Positions 49,160-59,015 of a DNA stretch of 64,000 bases are shown here, piece by piece (positions within the stretch are counted from its first letter, which is position 1; each line of letters opens with the position of its first letter). The position numbers and the translations under genes are program-made. The stretch comes from a virus: IMG/VR virus record IMGVR_UViG_3300027779_000011, positions 32,001 to 96,000 of that record; one strand, 5' to 3'. The notes under the pieces are model-generated. The model saw nothing but the letters and a program-made list of their open reading frames with translations, was not told where the DNA came from and made no database searches.

Positions 49160-49986
49160 TGAGTAAGAAAAACGTTCTATTATATCATGCAAACTGCCCA
49201 GATGGATTTGGTTCAGCATATTCATTTTGGAAGAAGTTTGGTGATAACATGGAGTATATAGCGGTAAAGCATGGGGAGCCGCCCCCCAGTGGGCTAGAAG
49301 GGAAGAATGTTTATATAGCAGACTTTTCATATAGCAAAGATGTTCTTATTTTTTTAAATGAGAAAACTTATAGCCTCAAGGTTATAGACCACCATATTTC
49401 CGCAGAAAGAGATTTAAAAGATCTTGACTTCTGCCATTTCGATATGAGTCATTCTGGAGCATATCTTTCCTGGGCCTTTAACTTTCCGGACCAGCCCATA
49501 CCAAAGCTTATTAAGTATATAGAAGATCGGGATTTGTGGCTATGGAAAATGCCACATGCGGAGGAAGTACTTTCTACGATAGATTCTTATGATCGAACAT
49601 TTGAATGGTGGGACCACATCAACTCAATACTAGAAACACAGGATGGGTTTAATAAGCTTGTGAACGAAGGTGAGGCAATCTTAAGATATAAAAACAAATT
49701 GGTATATACAATATCAAAGAACAGCTATGTGATGAATATAGCCGGTGATAAAATTCCTGTAGTTAACACACCTTTCTTTCAGTCGGAAATCGCAGGAACA
49801 ATGTCTAAGGATGAAAAGTATGCTGCTGCATATTATTATGATGGGGAAGCTTTCGTATTCTCACTAAGGGCTTCTGATGATGAAGTTGATGTTTCTGAAA
49901 TAGCGAAATCATTTGGTGGTGGTGGACATAAAAAAGCCGCTGGATTTAGTGTTAAAAGTTTGGATTTTTTTAAGGATAAAGAATGA
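49159..49986 (+). CDS. DHH/DHHA1 phosphoesterase (nanoRNase-like)
   Basis: CPDG, IDHH, DRDLW, SLR, GGGHKKAAG. Confidence 0.9.
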   Translation: MSKKNVLLYHANCPDGFGSAYSFWKKFGDNMEYIAVKHGEPPPSGLEGKNVYIADFSYSKDVLIFLNEKTYSLKVIDHHISAERDLKDLDFCHFDMSHSGAYLSWAFNFPDQPIPKLIKYIEDRDLWLWKMPHAEEVLSTIDSYDRTFEWWDHINSILETQDGFNKLVNEGEAILRYKNKLVYTISKNSYVMNIAGDKIPVVNTPFFQSEIAGTMSKDEKYAAAYYYDGEAFVFSLRASDDEVDVSEIAKSFGGGGHKKAAGFSVKSLDFFKDKE

Positions 49987-50687
49987 GTTTAAGTAATTAT
50001 AGTCAAGAGCAAATAAATAGCGCAATAGAAAAAATGAAAATCATATCTGATTATTCTTTATGGCAGGCTTCCGGACTATCTAGGACTAAGTATGTAGGCA
50101 GCCAGTCATTTACAAGAGACGAGTATTTGATTTGCCTGGTTGAGGATATAGATGGAGAGTATTTCGTAATGGACTATGTAAGAAGCTCACTATCTTGTGT
50201 TATGATGGTAGAGCATCCAGATATGGCAGATTCTATAATTAAGAATACTGTCCATTCCAGTTTAAAGCTGCACATGATAGCGATGGGCTATTATAGTGAC
50301 ATAGCCATTATTGATAAGCTTTGCTCAGATCCAAGTGCAGAGGTTAGACAGTGGGCTTCATATCACTGTTCTATGGATGCTCTTAAGTCTATGATAAATG
50401 ATAGTAACGCAAAGGTAAGAAGGTCGGTGTTTAATAGGCTAGGTCCGGTCGAATACCTTGATGAAATGCTGAATGATAAGGATGCTCAGATAAGAGAGGC
50501 TGGGGCCAGATTTGCTCCAATGAATTATCATGGGTTTTCGAAAATGTGCAATGAGCTTTCCAAGAGAGTATTCCCGTGGGTTGTTAGCAAGATAAAGAGA
50601 GATAAGCTTCCAATGCTTTTGGGAAATAGGAATATGAACAATATTCGCTCTAAAAACGCATTGAGCGAAAGAATGAATCAACAATAA
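49983..50687 (+). CDS. HEAT-like repeat protein (paralog family A)
   Basis: DPSAEVR / DSNAKVR / DKDAQIR repeats; KIKRDKLPMLLG...LSERM. Confidence 0.7.
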   Translation: MSLSNYSQEQINSAIEKMKIISDYSLWQASGLSRTKYVGSQSFTRDEYLICLVEDIDGEYFVMDYVRSSLSCVMMVEHPDMADSIIKNTVHSSLKLHMIAMGYYSDIAIIDKLCSDPSAEVRQWASYHCSMDALKSMINDSNAKVRRSVFNRLGPVEYLDEMLNDKDAQIREAGARFAPMNYHGFSKMCNELSKRVFPWVVSKIKRDKLPMLLGNRNMNNIRSKNALSERMNQQ

Positions 50688-50712
50688 TACAAATTACTCA
50701 AAGAGGTTGAAA

Positions 50713-51630
50713 ATGGCTGCAAGGTATACTTCTGATTATATTAATCAGGCTGAAATTAAAAGTGATGAGTGGACTCCAGACGAAGGTGACTTCGAAGTTA
50801 TTATTAGAAAGTTTTCTAACTTTGTCTTTGAAAGTGATTGCTATTGGGGGTGGAAGGCTTCGGATAGGATCGGAGAGGTTTTTGACGATAAAATGCTCTC
50901 CTTTGTTTGGAATAATATCTCAAGCTTGAGGTTCCATATCGTTGATGCGTTAGTTAATGATTTTACAAATAAGCCTGTTTGCTCGGAATCTTTTAGGAAT
51001 AGACTTATAGCCGATCTCTATGATTTAATTCCAAGAAATGATAATTGTGCTGATAACATACTAAGGGGAGACCTAGTAAAACTTTTACATCCAGACTATA
51101 ATTATATGGACGAAATTTTTTCACTAAGACTTATTGATCCAGAGGGTAGTATTATGACCAGGTGGCATGTTCAAGGCATGGCCTACTCAAAAGATCCTGC
51201 TTTTTACGCGTATCTCTGGAGTGAAATCAAAAGAAGTAGTGGATATATAGACAAGAAAATCGAAGTTGCTAAAAATATGATCAATAATGATGCAATGTCT
51301 GAAAAGGTAATTAAAGAGGCTGCATCAAATGGAACGAAGAAGCTTAAGCGATTCTTTATATCTGAACTTGGTTGTAAGATGACCTATTATCGACAAAAGT
51401 TGCGATATATGGATGAAGACGAAGCTCTTTATGGTTTTTATCAAAATAATAATTCCAAGCTTGAAGCATATATGCTATTGTTTGCAAATTTTGATGATGA
51501 CAGATCTCTATCTACGATGGCAGATGTTTTGTCTATAGATAATCTTCCTTGGATTATGCCGCTACTTGGAAAATATCGTTGGATTTCACAAAGTGTAGAA
51601 AGAAGGATTGCTCAACAAGAAAACCAATAG
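50713..51630 (+). CDS. helical repeat protein (paralog family A)
   Basis: C-terminal VLSIDNLPWIM...VERRI. Confidence 0.6.
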   Translation: MAARYTSDYINQAEIKSDEWTPDEGDFEVIIRKFSNFVFESDCYWGWKASDRIGEVFDDKMLSFVWNNISSLRFHIVDALVNDFTNKPVCSESFRNRLIADLYDLIPRNDNCADNILRGDLVKLLHPDYNYMDEIFSLRLIDPEGSIMTRWHVQGMAYSKDPAFYAYLWSEIKRSSGYIDKKIEVAKNMINNDAMSEKVIKEAASNGTKKLKRFFISELGCKMTYYRQKLRYMDEDEALYGFYQNNNSKLEAYMLLFANFDDDRSLSTMADVLSIDNLPWIMPLLGKYRWISQSVERRIAQQENQ

Positions 51631-51677
51631 GAGATCATTTCTTATGAATAAATTAATATGTGCTTCAACTTTTATAG

Positions 51678-52430
51678 TTGTATAGAAGTTTTTTAAGCCT
51701 GATAGCACTGGCTTCAACGCTAGTGCTCAGTTCTGTCGGTCGAGCGTCGGTAAGTTATGGTCCTTTAAGTGACATGAATTTGTCAAGAGGAAGCACTCAA
51801 AACATTGAGACAGATATTTACCCGGTTACTTATAGAGTATATTCTTATGATACTGTTGATAACCGAACAGAACAAAGGCTTGGAGAGATAATATCAACGG
51901 CTACAAGCTTGCTTGGTAGCTATGCTAAAGGAAGAGGTCTTCCTTTAGATGATTGTGGGGGAAACCAGACTATAGAGTTTTTTATAGTTCCCTATTCTGT
52001 TTTAAACGACAGAGGAAGGTTTTCCGAATGGCCATATGAAAATGGTGCCGGAAGCAGCTCATCTAATATAGTTGCATTGTTTTCACCAAGGAGGACGGAA
52101 TCTAATATTGACGCTATAATGTTCACTAAAGATTCTTTTTCTAGAGATCATTATGTTGCTCATGAGTTAGCTCATTACTGGTATGAAAGACTCTGCTGGA
52201 GTTCTTCCTCTACAGTTAGAACTGAACCGTTTGCGATGGGGTTTGAATCATATTATTTATCAAACCATCAAAGAAGTGGGTATACTCGCGGCAACAATCA
52301 CTCTTCTGATGTAGTCACTCCTATTCCCACGATAAGAGGTGGAGGCGGAAGGGTCGGTGGAAAAGGAGAGTCACATAACAGTTATATCCCCACGATAAGA
52401 GGTGGAGGCGGAAGAGGGGGTGGAAAATAA
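51678..52430 (+). CDS. secreted zincin-like metallopeptidase with RGG-rich tail
   Basis: Signal peptide, AHELAHYW...E, duplicated IPTIRGGGGR.GGK. Confidence 0.7.
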   Translation: MYRSFLSLIALASTLVLSSVGRASVSYGPLSDMNLSRGSTQNIETDIYPVTYRVYSYDTVDNRTEQRLGEIISTATSLLGSYAKGRGLPLDDCGGNQTIEFFIVPYSVLNDRGRFSEWPYENGAGSSSSNIVALFSPRRTESNIDAIMFTKDSFSRDHYVAHELAHYWYERLCWSSSSTVRTEPFAMGFESYYLSNHQRSGYTRGNNHSSDVVTPIPTIRGGGGRVGGKGESHNSYIPTIRGGGGRGGGK

Positions 52431-52482
52431 TATGTTCCACTTGCCATTGTTAAACAAATGATTGGTTGGTATTATATAAATA

Positions 52483-53589
52483 ATGTATATTGAAGAAAAA
52501 GAACATTTGGCTTTTGATGACGTTTTGTTAAGACCTTTATACTCCGAAGTCAGGTCTAGGTCCATTCCAGATACTGCAACTAATATTGCAGGAATTGAAA
52601 TGTCTATACCGATTATATCCTCTCCGATGGATACGGTTACTGAGTATGAAATGGCAATTGCGATTGCAGAGAGTGGCGGAATGGGCATAATACATAGGTT
52701 TATGACACCATCAAAGCAGCTTCTAAATCTGAGGAAGGTTGCTAGAGCGTCATCTTCTATGTATAATACAGGCTATCCGGTTGTTCCCGCTGTTGGAGTT
52801 GGTAAGAGTGAGAGGGAGCGGTTTATTCAGATCTTAAATGGGATTAATCCATACGCCATTAGTGCGGTTGCAATTGATATTGCAAATGGCCATTCGGTTC
52901 TGATGAAGGAGATGATCGACTTTGTTAACCAGAAAACAGGTGGCGACATTCCAATTATAGCTGGGAATGTAGCGACGGGAGATGGTTTTGCCTACCTTGC
53001 TGAGTCTGGAGCAAGTGCAATAAGGGTGGGTATTGGCGGCGGTTCTATTTGTAAGACAAGAATAATGACTGGAGCCGGTATGCCAACATTCCAATCTGTT
53101 GTTGATTGCTCTGAAGCAAAGAACTCTTCGAACGAGTATGATAGTGTTTCGATAATTGCAGATGGCGGAATAAGGTATCCGGCTGATTTAGTCAAGAGTA
53201 TCGCAGCAGGGGCAGATGCTGTGATGGTAGGGAGAGTTCTTTCATCAACAGATGAGACCCCAGGTGAATATTTTGATGCGAATGGAAATATAGTAGATTA
53301 TAGTAGCGGCATAGAAAAATATAAGAAATACAGGGGAATGGCCTCATCTGAGGTTCAGGATGATAAGAGGGGTGGGCTAAAGTCAGGAACCTGTGCAGAG
53401 GGGGTGTCTACCCTTATAAAGAGTAGGGGGTCTGCTTCTGATGTGATGGATGAATTCTTTGCAGGATTGAGATCTGGTATGACTTATGTTAATGCTCTTG
53501 ACTTGAAACAACTTAGAGAAAATGCAATTTTTATAAAAATAACAAAGGCTGGCGCTGATGAGTCACATGCCTTTGGAACAAAGAAATAG
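52483..53589 (+). CDS. guaB: IMP dehydrogenase/GMP reductase family (no CBS domains)
   Basis: FDDVLL, SSPMDTVT, GIGGGSICKTR, ADGGI, YRGMAS. Confidence 0.88.
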   Translation: MYIEEKEHLAFDDVLLRPLYSEVRSRSIPDTATNIAGIEMSIPIISSPMDTVTEYEMAIAIAESGGMGIIHRFMTPSKQLLNLRKVARASSSMYNTGYPVVPAVGVGKSERERFIQILNGINPYAISAVAIDIANGHSVLMKEMIDFVNQKTGGDIPIIAGNVATGDGFAYLAESGASAIRVGIGGGSICKTRIMTGAGMPTFQSVVDCSEAKNSSNEYDSVSIIADGGIRYPADLVKSIAAGADAVMVGRVLSSTDETPGEYFDANGNIVDYSSGIEKYKKYRGMASSEVQDDKRGGLKSGTCAEGVSTLIKSRGSASDVMDEFFAGLRSGMTYVNALDLKQLRENAIFIKITKAGADESHAFGTKK

Positions 53590-53599
53590 GAGTTAACTC

Positions 53600-53977
53600 A
53601 TGAACAATGCTTTGTGGAAATGGAATGATGATGCTAACAATATTGACAATGTAAAGGTGGCTATTGATACAATCTTTTTAAGAATGGATCTTCTAGAGTC
53701 GAAGCTAGATGACACACTTGATTGCCTTCTTGATAACCTAGACAGGGATAAGCTTGCTGCGAATAAAGCAAAGGAGTTTTATGATGATGATAATGTTAAA
53801 GACATACTGTCCTCATTCTCCTCTGGTTTTGAGGGTGGTGGGGCATCTAATGTCTTAGATCTAGTATCTTCCCTTCATGACTTAAAGGGTAAGTTATCAA
53901 CGCTTGGTAGTAATTTAAATACAGCTCCAAGCGATCTATCAGAAATGCCTTCTGAGGAAGATGTTGATACGGATTAA
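53600..53977 (+). CDS. hypothetical helical protein
   Basis: AGGAG RBS. Confidence 0.65.
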   Translation: MNNALWKWNDDANNIDNVKVAIDTIFLRMDLLESKLDDTLDCLLDNLDRDKLAANKAKEFYDDDNVKDILSSFSSGFEGGGASNVLDLVSSLHDLKGKLSTLGSNLNTAPSDLSEMPSEEDVDTD

Positions 53978-54088
53978 TTAATTTTATGATACTTTTTATA
54001 TATTAGATATATATAGTTATCAGGGATATTCCTGATTCTGTCTACTTTCCAATATAATTGTAACTGTTGAAAAAAAGGAAAATATAAT

Positions 54089-55162
54089 ATGGATGTTAAG
54101 TTTACTAAAAAAATCCTAAAGGAAATGCCTAAGGATAAGTCAGTCATGCTTCATGCAAAGCATGGTGTCGGAAAATCATCTGTTGTTCGTCAGGTTGCCG
54201 AAGAACTAGCAGAAGAAACAAATGAGCCTTATGGCTTTTGGGACGTAAGACTGTCCCAATGTGAGGTCGGAGATATCAAAGGCTTGCCGGATGCAGACCG
54301 TGAAGCTAAGGTTATCAGGTTCTTGAAGCAAGAGTGGTGGCCGCGAGATAAGGATAGTAAGGGTATCTTGTTTTTTGATGAGATTAACCGTGCGTCAAAA
54401 GATGTCCTTCAAGCCGTGTTTGAGATATGTTTGGACCGACGATTGGATGGAGAAGAACTGCCGGAAGGCTGGAGGGTTGTTGCTGCGGTAAACTCTGATG
54501 ATGATTATGATGTTCAGGAGCTTGATCCAGCACTTCATGATCGGTGGTTTCATATTGATTTCGACCCGTCTGTTTCTGACTGGACTCTATGGGCCAGAGA
54601 GAATGGTGTTGAGCAGTCGATAATTGAGTTTGTTTCAAGGAACCACAATCTTCTAGACCCCCCAATTGGGAACCTTGAGGCAGGTAGGACGTATCCATCC
54701 CGCAGAAGTTGGGTTTCATTGTCAGACTCCATCATGGGGATGGGCTTATTGGCAGAGGGTAATGATGCTATTCTTACGCAAGTTACCAAGGGCTGGGTCG
54801 GTCGAGAGATTGCGGTTATGTTTCCGAAGTTTGTTGCAAATGAGTTTACTCAGCTTAGGCCGGAAGATGTCTTGGATACCTTTTCAAAGGTAGAGTCTAA
54901 GATTGAAGCAGCATGTGATGATATTGAGGTTATTGCGGCACTAGCACGAAATGTTGTGCAAGAGGTCAATGAACGAAGTGCTATCAAAATGAAGGACAAG
55001 CAGAAGGAAGCTCTGAAGAAGTTCTTTATGGTGCTTCCAAATGATGTAGCATCTGACACCTGGGTTGCCCTTCTAGCTGGGAAGAAGAGTAAGAAGCTAG
55101 TTATGATGTGGCAAGCTGATACAGCGTTTGGAGAACACCTGAAGCGTATTTATCAAGTCTGA
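54089..55162 (+). CDS. MoxR-like AAA+ ATPase
   Basis: HGVGKS Walker A, FFDEINR Walker B, LDPALHDRW, PSRRSW. Confidence 0.9.
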   Translation: MDVKFTKKILKEMPKDKSVMLHAKHGVGKSSVVRQVAEELAEETNEPYGFWDVRLSQCEVGDIKGLPDADREAKVIRFLKQEWWPRDKDSKGILFFDEINRASKDVLQAVFEICLDRRLDGEELPEGWRVVAAVNSDDDYDVQELDPALHDRWFHIDFDPSVSDWTLWARENGVEQSIIEFVSRNHNLLDPPIGNLEAGRTYPSRRSWVSLSDSIMGMGLLAEGNDAILTQVTKGWVGREIAVMFPKFVANEFTQLRPEDVLDTFSKVESKIEAACDDIEVIAALARNVVQEVNERSAIKMKDKQKEALKKFFMVLPNDVASDTWVALLAGKKSKKLVMMWQADTAFGEHLKRIYQV

Positions 55163-55171
55163 TTTCACCAA

Positions 55172-55201
55172 GGGTACACTTGGCGCGCTCCAAGTGTACC
55201 C
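55172..55201 (+). promoter_or_regulatory. intercistronic 12-bp stem-loop
   Basis: GGGTACACTTGG/CCAAGTGTACCC perfect stem. Confidence 0.7.
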
Positions 55202-55226
55202 AATATTTTTATCATTAGGAGGTTTT

Positions 55227-56438
55227 ATGTTGAATACATCAGTTGCTCCATCAGTAGGGCCACAAGTCGTAGATGATGTTAGTCTAAAAAGTAGTGTCAA
55301 TTCTCGTCAAATTAGAGACAGAATTGAAGGCGATATTGCAAAGCTAATTACATTTCAGCCCTTGTACGGCATCGTGTTTATGAGCTTGAATAAGATCGAG
55401 TCAAGGAAGATTCCAACGCTTGCCGTTGGAGTTACTAGGCGAGTTGATCTTGCTCTATATTACAATCCAGACTTTATAGATGGCCTTAGTCGGGCAGAGT
55501 TGAGGGCGGTGTTGAAGCATGAGGCTTTGCACGTTTTGCTTCATCATATCTCTAGAGCAAAGCACTTCTCTTATAATATGCGTGGGTATAATATTGCGGC
55601 AGATATGGCAATTAATCAGCATATCGAAGGATTGCCGGAGGGCTGCTTTTACCCAAGCACCCTTAATCTTCCAGATTCCGAATCCTCTGAGTGGTATTAT
55701 GAAAGCTTAAAGAAGGAGTCAGATGAAAATGGCCATGATATAAGCGAGGTTGGCGAAGGAAAGGGCAAGCTCGTAGATGACCACTCTATGTGGCAGGATA
55801 TGGATGATGATATTATCAAAGAAAAGATTCGTCATATAGCAGAAAAGGCCATAAAGGAACAGGAGAAGAAGGGTTGGGGCGATGTAGGAGCAGATCTGGC
55901 AGGAAAGATTATAGCCGCAAACAAACCTGTTGTAAACTGGAAGAGGGAGGTTCGATACTTTATTAACAAGCTTGTCATGATGGGGCGAAAGAGTACTCGT
56001 ATGCGGCCCAATCGTCGCTATGGATATGTTAACCCCGGAAGCAAAAGGGACTATACTAGTAGGCTTTTAATTGGGGTTGATACATCTGGCTCTGTAAGTG
56101 ATGAGCAGCTAAAGATGTTCTTCACAGAAATAAATGGAATGATCGATCATGTGCAGGTAGACGTTATTCAGTTTGATTACAATTTACAGGGAGAGCCTGA
56201 GCCTTTTAGAAAGAAGTCTAAGGATATTAATATCATAGGAAGGGGCGGGACTAATTTTGAGCCAGTAATTAAGCTAGCAGATGAGATGAAGTACGATGGT
56301 CTTATTATATTCACAGATGGTTACGCGCCATTCCCAACAAAGCCAAAGGCCCGTATGCTTTGGGCTGTATCAGAAAGAGACAGCGATGTTAATTTTCCTT
56401 ATGGAAAGAAAGTAGTTGTAGCAGAAAAAAGAGTTTGA
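55227..56438 (+). CDS. DUF2201-type metallopeptidase + vWA protein
   Basis: HEALH, NIAADMAIN, DTSGS, GRGGT, TDGY; GGAGG RBS. Confidence 0.88.
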   Translation: MLNTSVAPSVGPQVVDDVSLKSSVNSRQIRDRIEGDIAKLITFQPLYGIVFMSLNKIESRKIPTLAVGVTRRVDLALYYNPDFIDGLSRAELRAVLKHEALHVLLHHISRAKHFSYNMRGYNIAADMAINQHIEGLPEGCFYPSTLNLPDSESSEWYYESLKKESDENGHDISEVGEGKGKLVDDHSMWQDMDDDIIKEKIRHIAEKAIKEQEKKGWGDVGADLAGKIIAANKPVVNWKREVRYFINKLVMMGRKSTRMRPNRRYGYVNPGSKRDYTSRLLIGVDTSGSVSDEQLKMFFTEINGMIDHVQVDVIQFDYNLQGEPEPFRKKSKDINIIGRGGTNFEPVIKLADEMKYDGLIIFTDGYAPFPTKPKARMLWAVSERDSDVNFPYGKKVVVAEKRV

Positions 56439-56447
56439 CGTGTAGCT

Positions 56448-56488
56448 TTTGGGTAGCATACCATTTGTGTGCTACCCAAATTTTTTTT
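56448..56488 (+). terminator. rho-independent terminator
   Basis: TTTGGGTAGCA/TGCTACCCAAA plus T8. Confidence 0.85.
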
Positions 56489-56498
56489 AGGGAGATAG

Positions 56499-57692
56499 AT
56501 GTTAATTTTGAATAACAAGATAACTAGCAAGTTGTCTACATTGATGGTTGCTTTTGATGCAGGTTCTAGGATTGAGGGGGATGACTTTAATAGCGGAATA
56601 TCCCATATGCTTGAGCATTGCATTTTCAAGGGAACTACAAATAGGGATTGGCTAGAGGTACAAAGAGAGTTTGCGTTCATAGGGGCAAGGCCAAACGCAT
56701 TTACTTCAAGTGAGATGGTTTGTTATCATGTTACTGTTCCATATGAAAACTTAGAATCTGCGGCAGATATATTATCTGATATTGTATTCAACTCTACAAT
56801 TCCAGATGAAGAATTCATCAAGGAAAAAGAGGTCGTAAAGGAAGAGGAGATATCAAGAAAAGACGATGTTGACGGATACATGTGGGAGGCGTTTTCAAAA
56901 GAGTGGTTCTCCAACCATCTGTCTGTTCCGGTTATAGGCACAAAGGATTCTATTGATAGATTCACAAGAGATGAGGTGAATTCATTTTACAACAAATATT
57001 GTGATAAAAAGGGTGCTATAGTATCCTTAGCGAGTTCTCTTAACAAGAGGGCTTCAAAGCAGTTATTAAACAAATACTTTGGAAAGTCAACCGGAAGATT
57101 CAGAAAGAACTATTCTTTGGATGACTCAACATATGAGCAGTCTAGAACCGTATTGCTTTCGAAAGATGGAATAGAACACTCCTATGTTTGGATGGCATAT
57201 CCGGGGATAGTCACCGGTAGTGATTGGGCTGCGGCCTCTCATGTTCTTATGTCAATTTTTGGAAGCGGCATGGACAGCAGACTCTTTACAGAGGTTAGGG
57301 AAAGAAGCGGCTTGGTTTATGGAATAGGGTCCGGTATGCAATCTTTTCAGGATGGCTCAGTGTGTCTTATTGACTTCTCATCAAGAGAGAAGAATGTGGA
57401 AAAGGCATTGTCAATCGTAGATGGGCAAGTTGACTTGATAAAGTCAGAACGAATTACAGATGAGGAGCTTGAGCGGGCTAAGAACAAAATACGTTCTTCT
57501 GTCTATTCTTTAAATGAGAATAGCTTTGGCGTTGCCTTTTCTAATTTAAAATCAAGATTTAACTCGACTTCAAATATAGAGGAACTTATGAACAAAATAA
57601 ACTCCGTAACAAAAGATGATATAATTGATGTTGCAAATATTGTTTTTGACAAAGATAGGCAGCTAACGATGGTATGTAAAAATAATAATTAG
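56499..57692 (+). CDS. M16 family zinc peptidase
   Basis: HMLEH inverted zincin, NAFTS, SRLFTEVRE..GLVY. Confidence 0.92.
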   Translation: MLILNNKITSKLSTLMVAFDAGSRIEGDDFNSGISHMLEHCIFKGTTNRDWLEVQREFAFIGARPNAFTSSEMVCYHVTVPYENLESAADILSDIVFNSTIPDEEFIKEKEVVKEEEISRKDDVDGYMWEAFSKEWFSNHLSVPVIGTKDSIDRFTRDEVNSFYNKYCDKKGAIVSLASSLNKRASKQLLNKYFGKSTGRFRKNYSLDDSTYEQSRTVLLSKDGIEHSYVWMAYPGIVTGSDWAAASHVLMSIFGSGMDSRLFTEVRERSGLVYGIGSGMQSFQDGSVCLIDFSSREKNVEKALSIVDGQVDLIKSERITDEELERAKNKIRSSVYSLNENSFGVAFSNLKSRFNSTSNIEELMNKINSVTKDDIIDVANIVFDKDRQLTMVCKNNN

Positions 57693-57736
57693 AAATAATT
57701 TATTTAGTATAATTAAAAGATAGTTAAAGAATATAT

Positions 57737-58279
57737 ATGTCGTTATTAAATATAATTACTGTTCCAAATAAGCTGTTGAGGCAACGATGCTTTGATGTTA
57801 CAGATGATATGTTTGGAGAAGAACTCGATTCCTTTATGTCATCTATGGCAGAGACGATGTATTCTTTAAAAGGTGTCGGATTAGCAGCCCCGCAAGTCGG
57901 CTTGGGTTACAGGGTATTGGTAGCAGACATGTCAGAGGGTAGGCGAGAATCTTATGTCAAGATGGTGAACCCTGAGATTGTGGATTTGTCAGATGAAACA
58001 ATAAAGATAAGCGAAGGTTGTTTATCTGTTCCAAACTTTGAAACAGAAGTAGAGAGGTCTTGGGAAGTGACTGTTCTTTATAGCACCCCGCTTGGGGAGA
58101 GGACAAAAGAAAGGCTTTCTGGATATTATTCTGTTGTTATTCAGCATGAGATAGACCACTTGAATGGCATAACTATTTTGGATAAAGCTGGAAACCTCAC
58201 TAGACGGATGTATATGAACAAGATTAAAAAATCTAAAAAGAAGTTCGAAAGACTTCTTAAGAAAAATAGCCTAATATGA
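57737..58279 (+). CDS. def: peptide deformylase
   Basis: GVGLAAPQVG, EGCLS, QHEIDHLNG. Confidence 0.95.
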   Translation: MSLLNIITVPNKLLRQRCFDVTDDMFGEELDSFMSSMAETMYSLKGVGLAAPQVGLGYRVLVADMSEGRRESYVKMVNPEIVDLSDETIKISEGCLSVPNFETEVERSWEVTVLYSTPLGERTKERLSGYYSVVIQHEIDHLNGITILDKAGNLTRRMYMNKIKKSKKKFERLLKKNSLI

Positions 58280-58608
58280 ACACAGTAAGAGAAAAGCATA
58301 GCTGGGGAGGCGTTGAAATATGGGCAAAGAGCAAGCACTTTGTAGGCATATTTTATTCTATCGACGCAAGAGAGAGCGTTATAATACCAAGCTGTAACTC
58401 TTCCGTTTCTACATATAGGGTTTCCTCTGGAATACTATTGGTACAGGAGGAGGGATGTGATAAAGGCTCCGATGGAGTTATTATAACTTCGGGTGATTCA
58501 ATTTCGTTAAATAATAATATCGGACATATTTTTTCTGCAATAAGAGACTGCGAGATTTATGGAATTATCCCGCCGTCTTCGGGAGAAAAGGTTGGCAAAA
58601 AAAAATAG
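58276..58608 (+). CDS. degenerate cupin-fold protein
   Basis: K.SWG..IW N-terminus, GDSI...H.F pattern. Confidence 0.5.
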   Translation: MNTVREKHSWGGVEIWAKSKHFVGIFYSIDARESVIIPSCNSSVSTYRVSSGILLVQEEGCDKGSDGVIITSGDSISLNNNIGHIFSAIRDCEIYGIIPPSSGEKVGKKK

Positions 58609-58692
58609 ATATGTTTATTATGGTTAAATAATGTATTAGTTGAGAACTATTTACATTAACAGTAATATTATGATTATCATTAGTAATTTTAT

Positions 58693-59013
58693 TTGAGGTT
58701 AACTTTGTTTTATAATTTATTATTCTTTGTACTTTCTTCGTGTGGTATAACTTTTCTTATAACACACTCTTCGATTTTTGAGCCAGTTAGAGAGTTTATA
58801 GGGCGCAGGTCTGATTTTTTCGGAGAGCTTGTAAACTGTCCGATGTGCTCTGGTTTTTGGGTTGGTTTCTTCATATCTATTATTGATTTTCAAGATTATA
58901 ACCCAATATATTCGGGAGCGATAGTCAGTCTGGTTTCTTGGCTTATTGCTGTATTTGCTTTTTATATAAACTCCATAGCGCTGGCTATGGAGACTTCGAT
59001 AGAAGAGGATTGA
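58693..59013 (+). CDS. DUF1360-like membrane protein
   Basis: SIFEPVR...CPMCSGFWVG, TM helices. Confidence 0.65.
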   Translation: MRLTLFYNLLFFVLSSCGITFLITHSSIFEPVREFIGRRSDFFGELVNCPMCSGFWVGFFISIIDFQDYNPIYSGAIVSLVSWLIAVFAFYINSIALAMETSIEED

Positions 59014-59015
59014 TT

